A DNA stretch of 64,000 bases, taken from the IMG/VR virus record IMGVR_UViG_3300027808_000022. The stretch is one strand, 5' to 3'. The DNA is from an uncultured virus (IMG/VR IMGVR_UViG_3300027808_000022). Lineage: Duplodnaviria > Heunggongvirae > Uroviricota > Caudoviricetes. Under the pieces are notes generated by a model that was not told the origin of the DNA, ran no database searches, and worked only from the letters and a program-made list of their open reading frames with translations. Below, piece by piece: positions 42,047 to 51,265 of the stretch. The translations under genes and the position numbers were made by a program. The stretch's first letter is position 1; each line of letters begins with the position of its first letter.

Positions 42047-42874
42047 TTAAATATACCACTGAGATTTTGCGTATTCTTTATCGTACTGATACTCATGTTT
42101 CTCATACCCAAGTTTATCAATCATTGCATATGCGGTCTTGATTGAATTATCCAAATCATCAATTACAACATACTCACTTGGTCTGTGGTAGTTGTAATAT
42201 CCACAAGAAATGTTGATACAAGAGAAATCAAACTTCATCTTCAACTGTGAAACATCGGTGTATGGGTGAACCATATACTCACGTTTTGGCATGTATTCAT
42301 CCAATACCTTATCAACAATGGTAAAGAATTCACTGTCACGGTTGAATAGACGTACACCAGAACAAACTTCAGTAACCATGTAGTTCAACGGTGCGTCCAA
42401 CTGAATTGCGTAAGCCACATCAACAAAGAAGTTTGGGTCGGCTTTACGAGAACCCCAACATCCTGTTTCTTCACTAACAAAGAACGCCGCCTTTACGTGT
42501 GGTAAATCCAATAAAGCTGACATTGCTCCAAACACACCACATTTGTCATCACCACCAATACCGGTTTCTTTACCTTCAGGGGTGTAACCCTTAAGACATA
42601 CTTTAAGGTTTCCTTCGTAATCAGGTAGAGTTTCTGTGTGAACAACAATCTCGTTCATTCCGTGAACAGTATCGGTATGACCAACCATACATGGATAAAG
42701 TTTTCCTTCAAAACCTTCACTTGTTTTGGTTGCGTAAATGTTCATCATTTCATCTACCACGTAAGGAATGTTATTTTCCTTAAGCCAGTTGGAAATGAAT
42801 TCCACCATATATTCTTCATGGTACGTAGCGGTTGGAACGCTAAGGACTCTTTCTAATAAATCTAATCTGTTCAT
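42047..42874 (-). CDS. M20/M28-family zinc peptidase-like protein
   Basis: GHTDTV, GGDDKCG, SEETGCWGS, YYNYH; start MNRLD after TATCTTTG. Confidence 0.8.
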   Translation of the reverse strand: MNRLDLLERVLSVPTATYHEEYMVEFISNWLKENNIPYVVDEMMNIYATKTSEGFEGKLYPCMVGHTDTVHGMNEIVVHTETLPDYEGNLKVCLKGYTPEGKETGIGGDDKCGVFGAMSALLDLPHVKAAFFVSEETGCWGSRKADPNFFVDVAYAIQLDAPLNYMVTEVCSGVRLFNRDSEFFTIVDKVLDEYMPKREYMVHPYTDVSQLKMKFDFSCINISCGYYNYHRPSEYVVIDDLDNSIKTAYAMIDKLGYEKHEYQYDKEYAKSQWYI

Positions 42875-42907
42875 CTTACCACAAAGATACAACAAAATTA
42901 TGAATTA

Positions 42908-44701
42908 TCAAAAAAGTTGTAGATTATAAATAAAATCTTTGAATTTTTCAAATGGTAATCTCATTTTTTTCAAATCTCTTGTTTCCCTATTTTGTAGTGC
43001 AAACGTTACCCTATCATCTTCCATGTCCAAATCGGTGATTTTTAACATGTATCTTTTGTCACCAGGCATATCAATCCACTCATCAAAACCACCCAATTTT
43101 TTGATAAAATCATAATGGTCAATGTAATCACCTGTTATGTTTTCATTTTCATTGATAGTTTCTTCCATAGTGTCCAATAATTTTTCTATGGCACTGTTGG
43201 TACTACTATATTCATAATTATTAGTCCTAAACTCATATACACTATCAGCAATACTTGGGGGGTCAATATTTTCAAGATTAATAATTCTTCTCAATAACCC
43301 ATAAATTCCAATATTAAACGTTGGATTGTATTTTTGATACGTTTTTATAAGGTCATCTAATTTAACGGTTTTTTTATAAAAAGTTCCCGTCATTGGTAAT
43401 CCATATTCGGCAAACATATTTGAATAATCTTTTTCCAAATATTCTCTAATACCTTGTTCGGTATCAGCATTCATGTCATAAGTATATTCACTGGTTATGT
43501 TATCAACGGCATTTTCAAATGCTTTTGACAAGAATTCGGAAACTTTAATTCTACAATCATCACTATCTCGTTCTTTTAATCCCAACGTACATTCATATAA
43601 TTTTGGATTAATAATTTTCATATACGTTTGAAGTCTTTTCATTTGTTCGTCATCAAAGTTAGAAAACAAATATCCCTCTTTCCATTCTTCTTCAGCATAA
43701 TAACTATCAAAAATTTCACCTGTACCGTAACTAGATAATGAAATATCTAAGTACATTCTATCACCGTCACCTTCGTTCCACTCAAATAAATCAAAATAAT
43801 CGCTATCTCTTCCGTTAAAATCTAAATTCAAAGTGACATTATCTTCATTATCTCTATTGTAACTGGTGATTAATGGGTCCACCCTATCAGCATTCCAGCT
43901 TGAAATAGTTCCGTCTTTAATTCTTTCAAATCCTGATTTTACTTTTCCACCACCCAATAGTTTTTCAATAACAAAATTCTCAACCTCGGGATAAACATGG
44001 TATAGAAAATCCACATCATGTCCAGTATCCGCAGCATCATACACAGTTGGGTCACCGTCTTTAATATATAAAGCAATCTTTTGTCTTCTATTTGATTTGT
44101 CAATAAAGTAATAAAGTTTACCGTCTTTGGTGTATTTGTTAAAATAATCTGGCTGTTGTCCCGCAGTACACCAACGTGTACCTGAACCATAATAACAAGA
44201 AGCATTATGTGTGATGGCTCTGATTCCCAATACATCACCATCTTCAAATACTTTTTCAGCTTCTTTTTTCGCCGCTCGTTCTTTTTCTCTTTTGGATGAA
44301 ATCATTGAAAGGGCTTGTGTCAAATATCCCAAGGTATTAATATTATACGAATTAATATCTTTGGGCGATTTCATCACAACATCTAATTTTGGAAACGCCC
44401 TTGACTCAACACCGTCCCAAAGTTCTTTAACAGTACCAATTACTTCAGGTGTAATTTTATTACTATTTTTATTAAAAAATTCTATTTGTCTGATTAGCCC
44501 AGATATAAAGACATCAAAATCCGTAAACGGGTCAAAAAGAAATCTTTTGGTTTCAGTTTCAACAAAAGGAATGTATTTTGCACCTAACTTTGCAGTCTCA
44601 TCAAATATTTTGTCTATAAAATCAGAGTCGTCAGGAAACATTTCCTTAACCCTTTTAATAGAGTCTTCTTTCTTACCCTCTTGTAAAAATATTTTGTACA
44701 T
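42908..44701 (-). CDS. Hypothetical protein with ASCYYGSGTRWCT domain (paralogue 1)
   Basis: 597 aa; shares the domain with 53002-54561. Confidence 0.75.
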   Translation of the reverse strand: MYKIFLQEGKKEDSIKRVKEMFPDDSDFIDKIFDETAKLGAKYIPFVETETKRFLFDPFTDFDVFISGLIRQIEFFNKNSNKITPEVIGTVKELWDGVESRAFPKLDVVMKSPKDINSYNINTLGYLTQALSMISSKREKERAAKKEAEKVFEDGDVLGIRAITHNASCYYGSGTRWCTAGQQPDYFNKYTKDGKLYYFIDKSNRRQKIALYIKDGDPTVYDAADTGHDVDFLYHVYPEVENFVIEKLLGGGKVKSGFERIKDGTISSWNADRVDPLITSYNRDNEDNVTLNLDFNGRDSDYFDLFEWNEGDGDRMYLDISLSSYGTGEIFDSYYAEEEWKEGYLFSNFDDEQMKRLQTYMKIINPKLYECTLGLKERDSDDCRIKVSEFLSKAFENAVDNITSEYTYDMNADTEQGIREYLEKDYSNMFAEYGLPMTGTFYKKTVKLDDLIKTYQKYNPTFNIGIYGLLRRIINLENIDPPSIADSVYEFRTNNYEYSSTNSAIEKLLDTMEETINENENITGDYIDHYDFIKKLGGFDEWIDMPGDKRYMLKITDLDMEDDRVTFALQNRETRDLKKMRLPFEKFKDFIYNLQLF

Positions 44702-44766
44702 TTCTTATAAATAGTTGTGCAGTTCAAAAAATGGTTGTATATTTGTATAAGAAAGGAAGACAAACT

Positions 44767-45186
44767 ATGAAAAACATCATCACCACCATCGCAATGTTCA
44801 TCTTGACTATCGCAGCTCAAGCACAAGTCTATCAGTTTCACTGTAAAGGTTTCTACAGGTTCGAACATACATCAGGGTTGAATTCTATGGAAGTTTTGAA
44901 TAACGACCAAGAAACCAAATTGATGGGTCAAACATCAAATATCTTCTTCATCTTTGATAGTGTTAAAAATACAATGACCAGAGTGGATTCTTTTAACAAA
45001 TCAGTTATGGTAAGAACCATTGTTGACTCTCATTCTGAAAACAACTATCAATCATTTACTGTGAGTTCACCTGAAGGAACTGACTATCTTTATATCTTTG
45101 ACAAATATAACCCAACATTTTTGATGTGTGTTTGGAGAAAAGATTTGTTCATGACTCAAGGTTGGGTGTCTAAAAATCTTAAATAA
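44767..45186 (+). CDS. Secreted hypothetical protein
   Basis: Signal peptide MKNIITTIAMFILTIAAQA-Q (Bacteroidota-like Gln at +1); TATATTTG promoter at 44738. Confidence 0.65.
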   Translation: MKNIITTIAMFILTIAAQAQVYQFHCKGFYRFEHTSGLNSMEVLNNDQETKLMGQTSNIFFIFDSVKNTMTRVDSFNKSVMVRTIVDSHSENNYQSFTVSSPEGTDYLYIFDKYNPTFLMCVWRKDLFMTQGWVSKNLK

Positions 45187-45214
45187 AAAAAGGGACCAAG
45201 TAGTCCCTTTTTTT
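45185..45214. terminator. Bidirectional intrinsic terminator
   Basis: aaaaaaagggac-caagta-gtccctttttt between convergent genes. Confidence 0.8.
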
Positions 45215-45234
45215 ATAATAATGTTAAATATTTT

Positions 45235-45840
45235 TTAAGCTAATCCCAATTGATTTTTTTGTGAAAATTCTTTAAAAAATGGTAACGCTTTTTTAACCGC
45301 ATCTGGTGGCATTACCTTCATACCAGCCTTTACTTGAGCTAAGTAAGTTAAACCATCTCTTAACAATAATAAATCGTTAACCATTGCTGATAGGGCGGCC
45401 ATTGACATTATATTATCAAACGGCCTACCATCCATCATAGCTTTGTAACCACCTGCACTACCCAATTGATATCCAAGTGTTGCAATTGATTTGTTAAATG
45501 AATTAATTAAATCATTGCCCCAAATACCCTGTAAAGCCTCATAAGGTGTTCCTCCAATCAATTTTTTGTCAAAATCTTTTAAGGCTGAAGCCATAGATGT
45601 TAATGTTTTCCTATCTAAAGGTAATTTTTGATTAACAACCAACATGCTTTTATCCAACAACGGCTTTGTTTGGTCAGGTGTAGACACTGATGTAGCATCT
45701 TGCTCCTTAGTTTCCATTCTCTTTATTTTCAAACCATTAGGTTCTCCTGACATAAAGCCAACACCCATAGATTCTTTTATTACACGTCTTACGATTCTTT
45801 CTAAATCAGATTCCGTTAATCTTACAATTTTTTTTGTCAT
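45235..45840 (-). CDS. Hypothetical protein with KKIVRLTES N-terminal motif
   Basis: Likely start MTKKIVRLTESDLERIV after TATTTAT; the longer track start overlaps the tmRNA. Confidence 0.7.
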   Translation of the reverse strand: MTKKIVRLTESDLERIVRRVIKESMGVGFMSGEPNGLKIKRMETKEQDATSVSTPDQTKPLLDKSMLVVNQKLPLDRKTLTSMASALKDFDKKLIGGTPYEALQGIWGNDLINSFNKSIATLGYQLGSAGGYKAMMDGRPFDNIMSMAALSAMVNDLLLLRDGLTYLAQVKAGMKVMPPDAVKKALPFFKEFSQKNQLGLA

Positions 45841-45918
45841 AATGAAATTATTTCTTAATAAATAGTTGTTGATATAAAAAAGTATATTTATATTTGTTGA
45901 AATGTTCTTTGAAATTAT

Positions 45919-46304
45919 GGGGATGACACAGATTCGATTGGCGTAGTTAGTCAATGGGTGCATGTATGAGCTGAAATAACTCATTAAAAACTGGTTCAAA
46001 AAATTAAACGGAAACGTTTTAGACAAAATGGCGACTATCGGATTAATCCGTGAAAACGCTTCTGTAGTAGCCTAATCGCTATTACAAAACAGGTCGGGAG
46101 ACATACAACCTAGGAACAGAAGTCTTTTAAAGGTGTAGTTTCTATCTTAAAAGAAACAAGTGGAGGATTAGTTCTCAGTAAACCAAACCACTATAAAATA
46201 AGGGAATTGTGAATTTCGGAACATTAGAAAATGTTGACCTAAACATGTAGTACCTCTTGGGTAAGACGAGCAAGACCGGGGGGCAGTACCTCGCATCTCC
46301 ACCA
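45919..46304 (+). ncRNA. ssrA: tmRNA (one-piece)
   Basis: 5' GGGGATG pairs with 3' CATCTCC-ACCA and has G3.U70; T-arm CGGGG-GGCAGTA-CCTCG; internal tag frame 46010-46075 GNVLDKMATIGLIRENASVVA*; terminator directly after. Confidence 0.92.
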
Positions 46305-46307
46305 AAT

Positions 46308-46337
46308 AAAAAAACCCATCTTTACGGATGGGTTTTT
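46308..46337. terminator. Terminator after tmRNA
   Basis: aaaaaaacccatc-tttacg-gatgggttttt. Confidence 0.8.
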
Positions 46338-46356
46338 CTTTTATATCATTTTTATA

Positions 46357-46659
46357 TTATAGACAACCTGTGAATGGAATAAATTGTGGTTTGTGGTGTT
46401 TTCTAAGTATCTGTACAACAACTTTGGCGTCAGCCTTACTACTTCCTTTCAAAAATTGTTTTAAGTCCTCTACGGCTCTTTTACCGTTCTCGTCTTTTTC
46501 TAACATTAATAATTCTACAATGTTTACCAATGCTCCAATATGGTGTTTTGGACCACCAAAACATCCTTCAGGAACAACAACATCATCCTTCTTTTTACTA
46601 TCGGCTTCATTAAGATGTGCAACTAAGCTTTCTCTTATAAGTTTTTTCAATCTATCCAT
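46357..46659 (-). CDS. Hypothetical protein
   Basis: 100 aa, N-terminal LIRES...LNEA, TATTTAT upstream. Confidence 0.65.
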   Translation of the reverse strand: MDRLKKLIRESLVAHLNEADSKKKDDVVVPEGCFGGPKHHIGALVNIVELLMLEKDENGKRAVEDLKQFLKGSSKADAKVVVQILRKHHKPQFIPFTGCL

Positions 46660-46766
46660 GTCTATAAATAGTATAATAGTATAAAAAATTTTTGTCCTTC
46701 TATTGTCAAGGACATATTTATTGACTATAATTTAAACACACAAATAAAACACACACACAAAACATT

Positions 46767-46961
46767 ATGAAAAAATTAATTTTAAGTCTTTTGATGGTTA
46801 CTGCATTGGTTGCTTGTACAAGCCAAGAAACCGAAACAACTCTTGTTGACTCTACTTTGATGGATAGCACATGTGCTGATAGCACTTGTTGTGATTCTGC
46901 TAAAGTTTCTGTTGACTCTGTAAAAGTTGAAGAAGTTAAATCTGTTGAATCTGCAAAGTAA
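46767..46961 (+). CDS. Small lipoprotein
   Basis: MKK, hydrophobic stretch, LVAC lipobox, DST-rich tail (D-S/T sequons). Confidence 0.7.
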   Translation: MKKLILSLLMVTALVACTSQETETTLVDSTLMDSTCADSTCCDSAKVSVDSVKVEEVKSVESAK

Positions 46962-47010
46962 TTAGACGGAAACCATCTTAAACAAAGAACCCCTCAAACG
47001 AGGGGTTTTT

Positions 47011-47724
47011 TTATTTTATAAGTCTTTTGAATTTTTGAATTTCTTCCATAATTTCTTTGGGAAGTTTGGATTCTTTTTTTGGAGTTGTTAATCCTTTTAA
47101 ACTTGCCAATGCTGCAACAGGAGTATACACATTTAAAAATTTATCCATGATGTTGTTAAATCCTGACTTACCTGTGCTTTTAACTAACCCATCATCACTA
47201 TCGTCACTATCGTCACTAACATCATTGTTATTTTTTTTATTTTTATCTTTATCTTTGTTTTTTCCAACTAATAATGAACCAACAAGGGCTGCACCGCCTA
47301 AAGCAGCAACTCCTGTTAAAATTGGTTCTGGATTAATTGGTTGTTTACTACCATCTAATATTTCAAAATGTAAATGAGGTCCTGTGCTTCTACCTTTATT
47401 TGGGTCATTAGGTCCACCACCACTTTCACCAATTTTTTCACCGGTAGTTACTGTTTCACCCACTCTAACATAACGTTTTCTCAAATGAGCATATTTTGAA
47501 TAATAAGTTTTTCCATTTAACAAATGTTTAATTATTATTTGACCACCATAACCATTTGGGTCACTTGTATCATCAGATTTAAAAACTTCACCATCAGTAA
47601 TGGAAACAACTCTTGTTCCAGAATCGGCTTTTAAATCAACACCGCTGTGTCTTCCAGTTCCTCTTAGACCAAAACCAGATGTTGCTTCAAATGATTTATT
47701 TAATAATGGGTACGTTAATTCCAT
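47011..47724 (-). CDS. M23-family peptidase
   Basis: HSGVD, YAHL and STGPHLHFEI motifs. Confidence 0.88.
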   Translation of the reverse strand: MELTYPLLNKSFEATSGFGLRGTGRHSGVDLKADSGTRVVSITDGEVFKSDDTSDPNGYGGQIIIKHLLNGKTYYSKYAHLRKRYVRVGETVTTGEKIGESGGGPNDPNKGRSTGPHLHFEILDGSKQPINPEPILTGVAALGGAALVGSLLVGKNKDKDKNKKNNNDVSDDSDDSDDGLVKSTGKSGFNNIMDKFLNVYTPVAALASLKGLTTPKKESKLPKEIMEEIQKFKRLIK

Positions 47725-47735
47725 AATAATAAATA

Positions 47736-48017
47736 TCACATAATATTTTTTCGGATAAACTCATCAATTTTTGAAATGTCATCACCGATTCCTTTTATTG
47801 TTATACCTGAATTTGGTTCAGGATAATATACCAATGTTTGTTCATTTAAATGATAAAATAACCCATCATCAATTTTATCACCATTATGATTGATAATATC
47901 TTTTACAAAAATTTCTTTGTTTTTTCTTTTAAATCCAAGTTTGTATAACCCTTCAATAAAATCATCAACTTCCAAATCCAACTCATCTTCCAATTCAATA
48001 TCCCAAAACTCCATCAT
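47736..48017 (-). CDS. Hypothetical protein
   Basis: 93-aa ORF coupled to upstream gene. Confidence 0.55.
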   Translation of the reverse strand: MMEFWDIELEDELDLEVDDFIEGLYKLGFKRKNKEIFVKDIINHNGDKIDDGLFYHLNEQTLVYYPEPNSGITIKGIGDDISKIDEFIRKNIM

Positions 48018-48640
48018 AATAAATAAGGTTTTAATGAATTGGCATCTTGATATAATTGAGTTTTGAATTCTTCAGTAAACTCACCATTACTGGCAATTGA
48101 TGTTGGGAAATCAGAAAACACCCAACTTACACATAAAACACCAATTAAATGTTTATCGGTATTATAAATTGGAACACCAGCGTGTGCGTAGTTTCCATAA
48201 TGTCTTAATAAACTTTTGGTTGGTAAATCACTTATTTGATTATCAACATCAACATAAAACAATCGGTTACCAAGTGTTTCTGTTAAATACCAATTATAAT
48301 TTGAAATTAAAATATTTTGAAATTTTTCTGAAATTTTTTCTAATCCATCTGAACATCTTTCATATGTCACAGATGCTTTTTGCATTGGTGCTTGAGTATA
48401 AAAAGTTCCACCATTATGAAATTGAATGATGTAAACTCTATCTGTAATGTACTTTCGTCTTAATTCTTTTAATGTAAAGTGGATTAATTCATCTCTTTGA
48501 ATCTGTTCCACCAATTTTTCACGACTTTTCTTTTCTTTATTTTTGTCTTGGGTTTTTCTAAAATAACCCGCAGTCACCAACGCAACTATAACTGAAGCCA
48601 CCGCTGTTATCAAAGTTTTAAATACATCTGCCCAATCCAT
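48014..48640 (-). CDS. Single-TM protein with GAF-like domain (T4 holin T-like candidate)
   Basis: N-terminal TM helix, then DRVYIIQFHNG...S..YE...PIYN...IGVLCVSW; near M23 peptidase. Confidence 0.45.
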   Translation of the reverse strand: MDWADVFKTLITAVASVIVALVTAGYFRKTQDKNKEKKSREKLVEQIQRDELIHFTLKELRRKYITDRVYIIQFHNGGTFYTQAPMQKASVTYERCSDGLEKISEKFQNILISNYNWYLTETLGNRLFYVDVDNQISDLPTKSLLRHYGNYAHAGVPIYNTDKHLIGVLCVSWVFSDFPTSIASNGEFTEEFKTQLYQDANSLKPYLL

Positions 48641-48707
48641 TAGTAAAAATATATTGTTTAGTAAATAAATACAAAAAAACCTGATATAAATCAGGTCTTT
48701 TTAAATT

Positions 48708-48893
48708 TTATTCACCACTTGGTATAAACATCCATAACAACAAATATGTTATACCAATTGGAAATGGATAAAAAAGTAATACCACGGAAAATACACGAAG
48801 AAAAATTGGGTCAATATTCATACGGTATGCGATACCAGCACATACACCACCGATTACTCGGTCTACTTTTGGTCTATACATTTTTTGTTTCAT
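48708..48893 (-). CDS. PspC-domain protein
   Basis: YR...DRVIGGVCAGIA....DP...R...YLLLWMFIP. Confidence 0.88.
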   Translation of the reverse strand: MKQKMYRPKVDRVIGGVCAGIAYRMNIDPIFLRVFSVVLLFYPFPIGITYLLLWMFIPSGE

Positions 48894-48894
48894 T

Positions 48895-48971
48895 TGGTGG
48901 ACCCTGTAGGGCTTGAACCTACGACCTACTGATTATGAGTCAGCCGCTCTGACCAACTGAGCTAAGGGTCC
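48895..48971 (-). tRNA. tRNA-Ile2(CAU, lysidine-type), less likely Met
   Basis: GGACCCTTAGCTCAG...CTCATAA...ACCA; body resembles bacterial Ile2. Confidence 0.8.
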
Positions 48972-49000
48972 ATTGTTATACAAAGATAATAAAAAAATTC

Positions 49001-49423
49001 TTAATCCCACCAATGTTCAATTTTTTGTTCAAGAATTTTAAATAATAAACGTTTAGCTTTATTGTGCTTATCTGTTACCATTTTAAGAGCTTCAGATGAC
49101 CGTTTATCTAACTCATAAAACCCATCATAATATGATTCATTTTGTATTTTATCAATTAACCTAACACAAGTCATCATTAACTCAGCATCACGTTCAGAAC
49201 TTTCATGAGAACCATATTTAACAAGATGTTTGGCTTGTTTTTCTAACTTGAATTTTAATACCTGAAAAACATAATGGTGGTCCCAATCCCTATCTTTCCA
49301 TATTATCCAAAACCATTTATATAGGTTCTGAACTCCATACTTAATGTATTTGTGTTGGTTGGGTAGTTCCCATCTTACCCATCTGTAAAGTTTCCAATAC
49401 CATTCGTTATATTCTGTGTTCAT
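49001..49423 (-). CDS. Hypothetical Trp-rich phage protein
   Basis: 140-aa ORF, WKDRDWD...WWD. Confidence 0.7.
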   Translation of the reverse strand: MNTEYNEWYWKLYRWVRWELPNQHKYIKYGVQNLYKWFWIIWKDRDWDHHYVFQVLKFKLEKQAKHLVKYGSHESSERDAELMMTCVRLIDKIQNESYYDGFYELDKRSSEALKMVTDKHNKAKRLLFKILEQKIEHWWD

Positions 49424-49437
49424 AGTTATGATTTTAG

Positions 49438-49511
49438 TAGACGAGAAGGGACTTGAACCCCCAACCTTGATGATATAAGCATCCTGCTCTAACCTGTTGA
49501 GCTACCCGTCC
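49438..49511 (-). tRNA. tRNA-Ile(UAU)
   Basis: Anticodon arm GATG-CTTATAT-CATC; cloverleaf with TTCAAGT T-loop. Confidence 0.85.
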
Positions 49512-49516
49512 AAATA

Positions 49517-49702
49517 TTAGTTGAAATGAGTACAATCCCCTTGAGTATTATCCCACGGGCATATGTACATTTCTGGTTGGGTATGTATGTAAACTCCATC
49601 AACACCAAAGTTGTCATTTTCACCATACAACCCAAGTGACTGACTTAATTCTGTCAATTCGGTTAAAAAATCTTCCTGCGTCATTTGAGTCTTGGGGTCC
49701 AT
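49517..49702 (-). CDS. Hypothetical protein
   Basis: 61-aa ORF between tRNAs. Confidence 0.45.
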   Translation of the reverse strand: MDPKTQMTQEDFLTELTELSQSLGLYGENDNFGVDGVYIHTQPEMYICPWDNTQGDCTHFN

Positions 49703-49715
49703 GATTATTGTGTTT

Positions 49716-49792
49716 TGGAGCCTGAAGACGGACTCGAACCGCCAACCCCCTGATTACAAGTCAGGTGCTCTACCAATTAAAGCTATTCAGGC
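49716..49792 (-). tRNA. tRNA-Thr(UGU)
   Basis: CCTGA-CTTGTAA-TCAGG; encoded CCA. Confidence 0.92.
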
Positions 49793-49811
49793 ATTTATGT
49801 TTTAATATATA

Positions 49812-50099
49812 TTACTTTCCTTGTTTTTTGTAAACATAAGTGATGGTATCACCAATGTTGTACTTCCTCAAAGAAGTAAACTCACTGCTGTCTGACATGA
49901 AATACTTGTACTTCCTGTCAAGTTCAATTGTGCTGTGAGGTGGCAATTGAACCATTGAATCAATAACGAACTTTTCAACTACATCACCTTTTTCAATCAA
50001 AGGTTTCTGTTTACAAGCTCCTAACATAGTGGCAAGAATAATAGATAAAATAATCCATAAGGAAAAATAAAGTCGGGGGTCTTTTAATATGTTTTTCAT
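49812..50099 (-). CDS. Putative membrane/lipoprotein
   Basis: Hydrophobic N-terminus ending LGAC; start after TACCTTTG promoter. Confidence 0.55.
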   Translation of the reverse strand: MKNILKDPRLYFSLWIILSIILATMLGACKQKPLIEKGDVVEKFVIDSMVQLPPHSTIELDRKYKYFMSDSSEFTSLRKYNIGDTITYVYKKQGK

Positions 50100-50100
50100 G

Positions 50101-50652
50101 TTACAAAGGTAATATATTTTTTTCAAAGTTTTTTACATAATTGTCAACTATGTGTTGAATTTCATTTTGATATCTACTATGAACATACTGATGATGTGTT
50201 GGACATAATGGTACCAAGTTTTTTGGTTCGTTATTTTGGTGATTATTGTCATAATGATGGATAGTCACAATTTTATTTTCACTACAAATAATACATTCTT
50301 TTTTGTGATAATTAAAACCAATTCTTCTATAACCGTTACGTTCTTGACTATCACCAAAATTTCCCCAATTTGGGTTATTTTCACCACTTCTAAAAAAGGT
50401 GTTTGAACAAGAATAAGAACATGTTGTTCTTTCTTCTTTCCCTCCAACTTTTGTTTCAAATTGAATATCACAAACAGGACACAATTTAATAACTGATTGG
50501 TATTTTATTTCTCGACTTCTTAAATGCGAAACGTCAATTTTATTTTCAACAATGAAATTTTCAAATTTTTTTCGAGTTTTTCCATTGTCAAAACCATAGA
50601 GTTTTTTAATAGCTTCAGCCCTTGTCTTAGAATTTTTAATTATTTCTACCAT
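50101..50652 (-). CDS. HNH endonuclease inside tRNA array
   Basis: CPVC..TCSYSC, GENNPNW, CIICS...IHH.D.N..NN...NL..LCPTHH. Confidence 0.85.
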   Translation of the reverse strand: MVEIIKNSKTRAEAIKKLYGFDNGKTRKKFENFIVENKIDVSHLRSREIKYQSVIKLCPVCDIQFETKVGGKEERTTCSYSCSNTFFRSGENNPNWGNFGDSQERNGYRRIGFNYHKKECIICSENKIVTIHHYDNNHQNNEPKNLVPLCPTHHQYVHSRYQNEIQHIVDNYVKNFEKNILPL

Positions 50653-50714
50653 ATATAATAAATATATTGATTGTCGTTAAAATTAGATTTGGTCAAATAT
50701 TTTTTTAACGATTG

Positions 50715-50790
50715 TAGCGTAGACTGGATTCGAACCAGCGTGCCTCTGCTCCCAAAGCAGATGAGATAAACCTGACTCCTCTACTACGCT
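50715..50790 (-). tRNA. tRNA-Pro(UGG)
   Basis: TCTGC-TTTGGGA-GCAGA. Confidence 0.85.
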
Positions 50791-50799
50791 ATTTGTTTG

Positions 50800-50869
50800 T
50801 GGACACTGTGGGAATCGAACCCATACGTTCTGATTGCAAATCAAACGGTCTGCCGTTGACATCAGGCCC
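50800..50869 (-). tRNA. tRNA-Ala(UGC), atypical
   Basis: TTTGA-TTTGCAA-TCAGA; G3.U70 present; irregular acceptor and D arms. Confidence 0.7.
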
Positions 50870-50880
50870 TTTTATTTTTG

Positions 50881-50952
50881 CGGTCCCACCGGGAATCGAA
50901 CCCGGCACTTTGCCGTGACAGGGCAATATTATAGCCGATTAACTACAGGACC
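50881..50952 (-). tRNA. tRNA-Asp(GUC)
   Basis: TTGCC-CTGTCAC-GGCAA; G73. Confidence 0.9.
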
Positions 50953-51020
50953 GTAAGTTAGTAAACCCGGGCCCAACAAGCCGTGATAAACACGGAAGGG
51001 CCCTTTTTAAGATTTACTTT

Positions 51021-51096
51021 TGGAGCGAGAGACCAGGTTCGAACTGGCGACCCTCAGTTTGGTAAACTGATGCTCTACCGACTGAGCTACTCTCGC
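51021..51096 (-). tRNA. tRNA-Gly(ACC)
   Basis: TCAGT-TTACCAA-ACTGA; GCG acceptor, U73, CCA. Confidence 0.88.
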
Positions 51097-51101
51097 TTTT
51101 G

Positions 51102-51173
51102 AGCGAGTGGGGAGAATCGAACTCCCATATCCAGCTTGGAAGGCTGGAGTAATAGCCTTTATACTACACTCGC
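51102..51173 (-). tRNA. tRNA-Gly(UCC)
   Basis: CCAGC-CTTCCAA-GCTGG; U73. Confidence 0.9.
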
Positions 51174-51180
51174 TTTTTTC

Positions 51181-51262
51181 GAGTCAGAGTAGTCACGGCC
51201 ACCTCTTATCCTTCTGACTCTTGATGTAAAAGTGGCCAATGTGGCACGACCCAAGTTACATC
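51181..51262 (-). ncRNA. Candidate two-hairpin (kissing-loop) RNA
   Basis: Stems GATGTAA/TTACATC and GAGTCAGA/TCTGACTC with complementary loops GGCCAC/GTGGCC. Confidence 0.5.
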
Positions 51263-51265
51263 CAT

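Noticed and set aside
42875..42895. Recurrent N-terminal YLC/YIC/YLY peptides (also 57312, 50126, 44731)
   Set aside because: These are the TAnnTTTG promoter read in frame, not a protein motif; starts were moved downstream.
45841..46026. N-terminal extension of the 263-aa track ORF
   Set aside because: It overlaps the tmRNA on the opposite strand; the real start is probably 45840.
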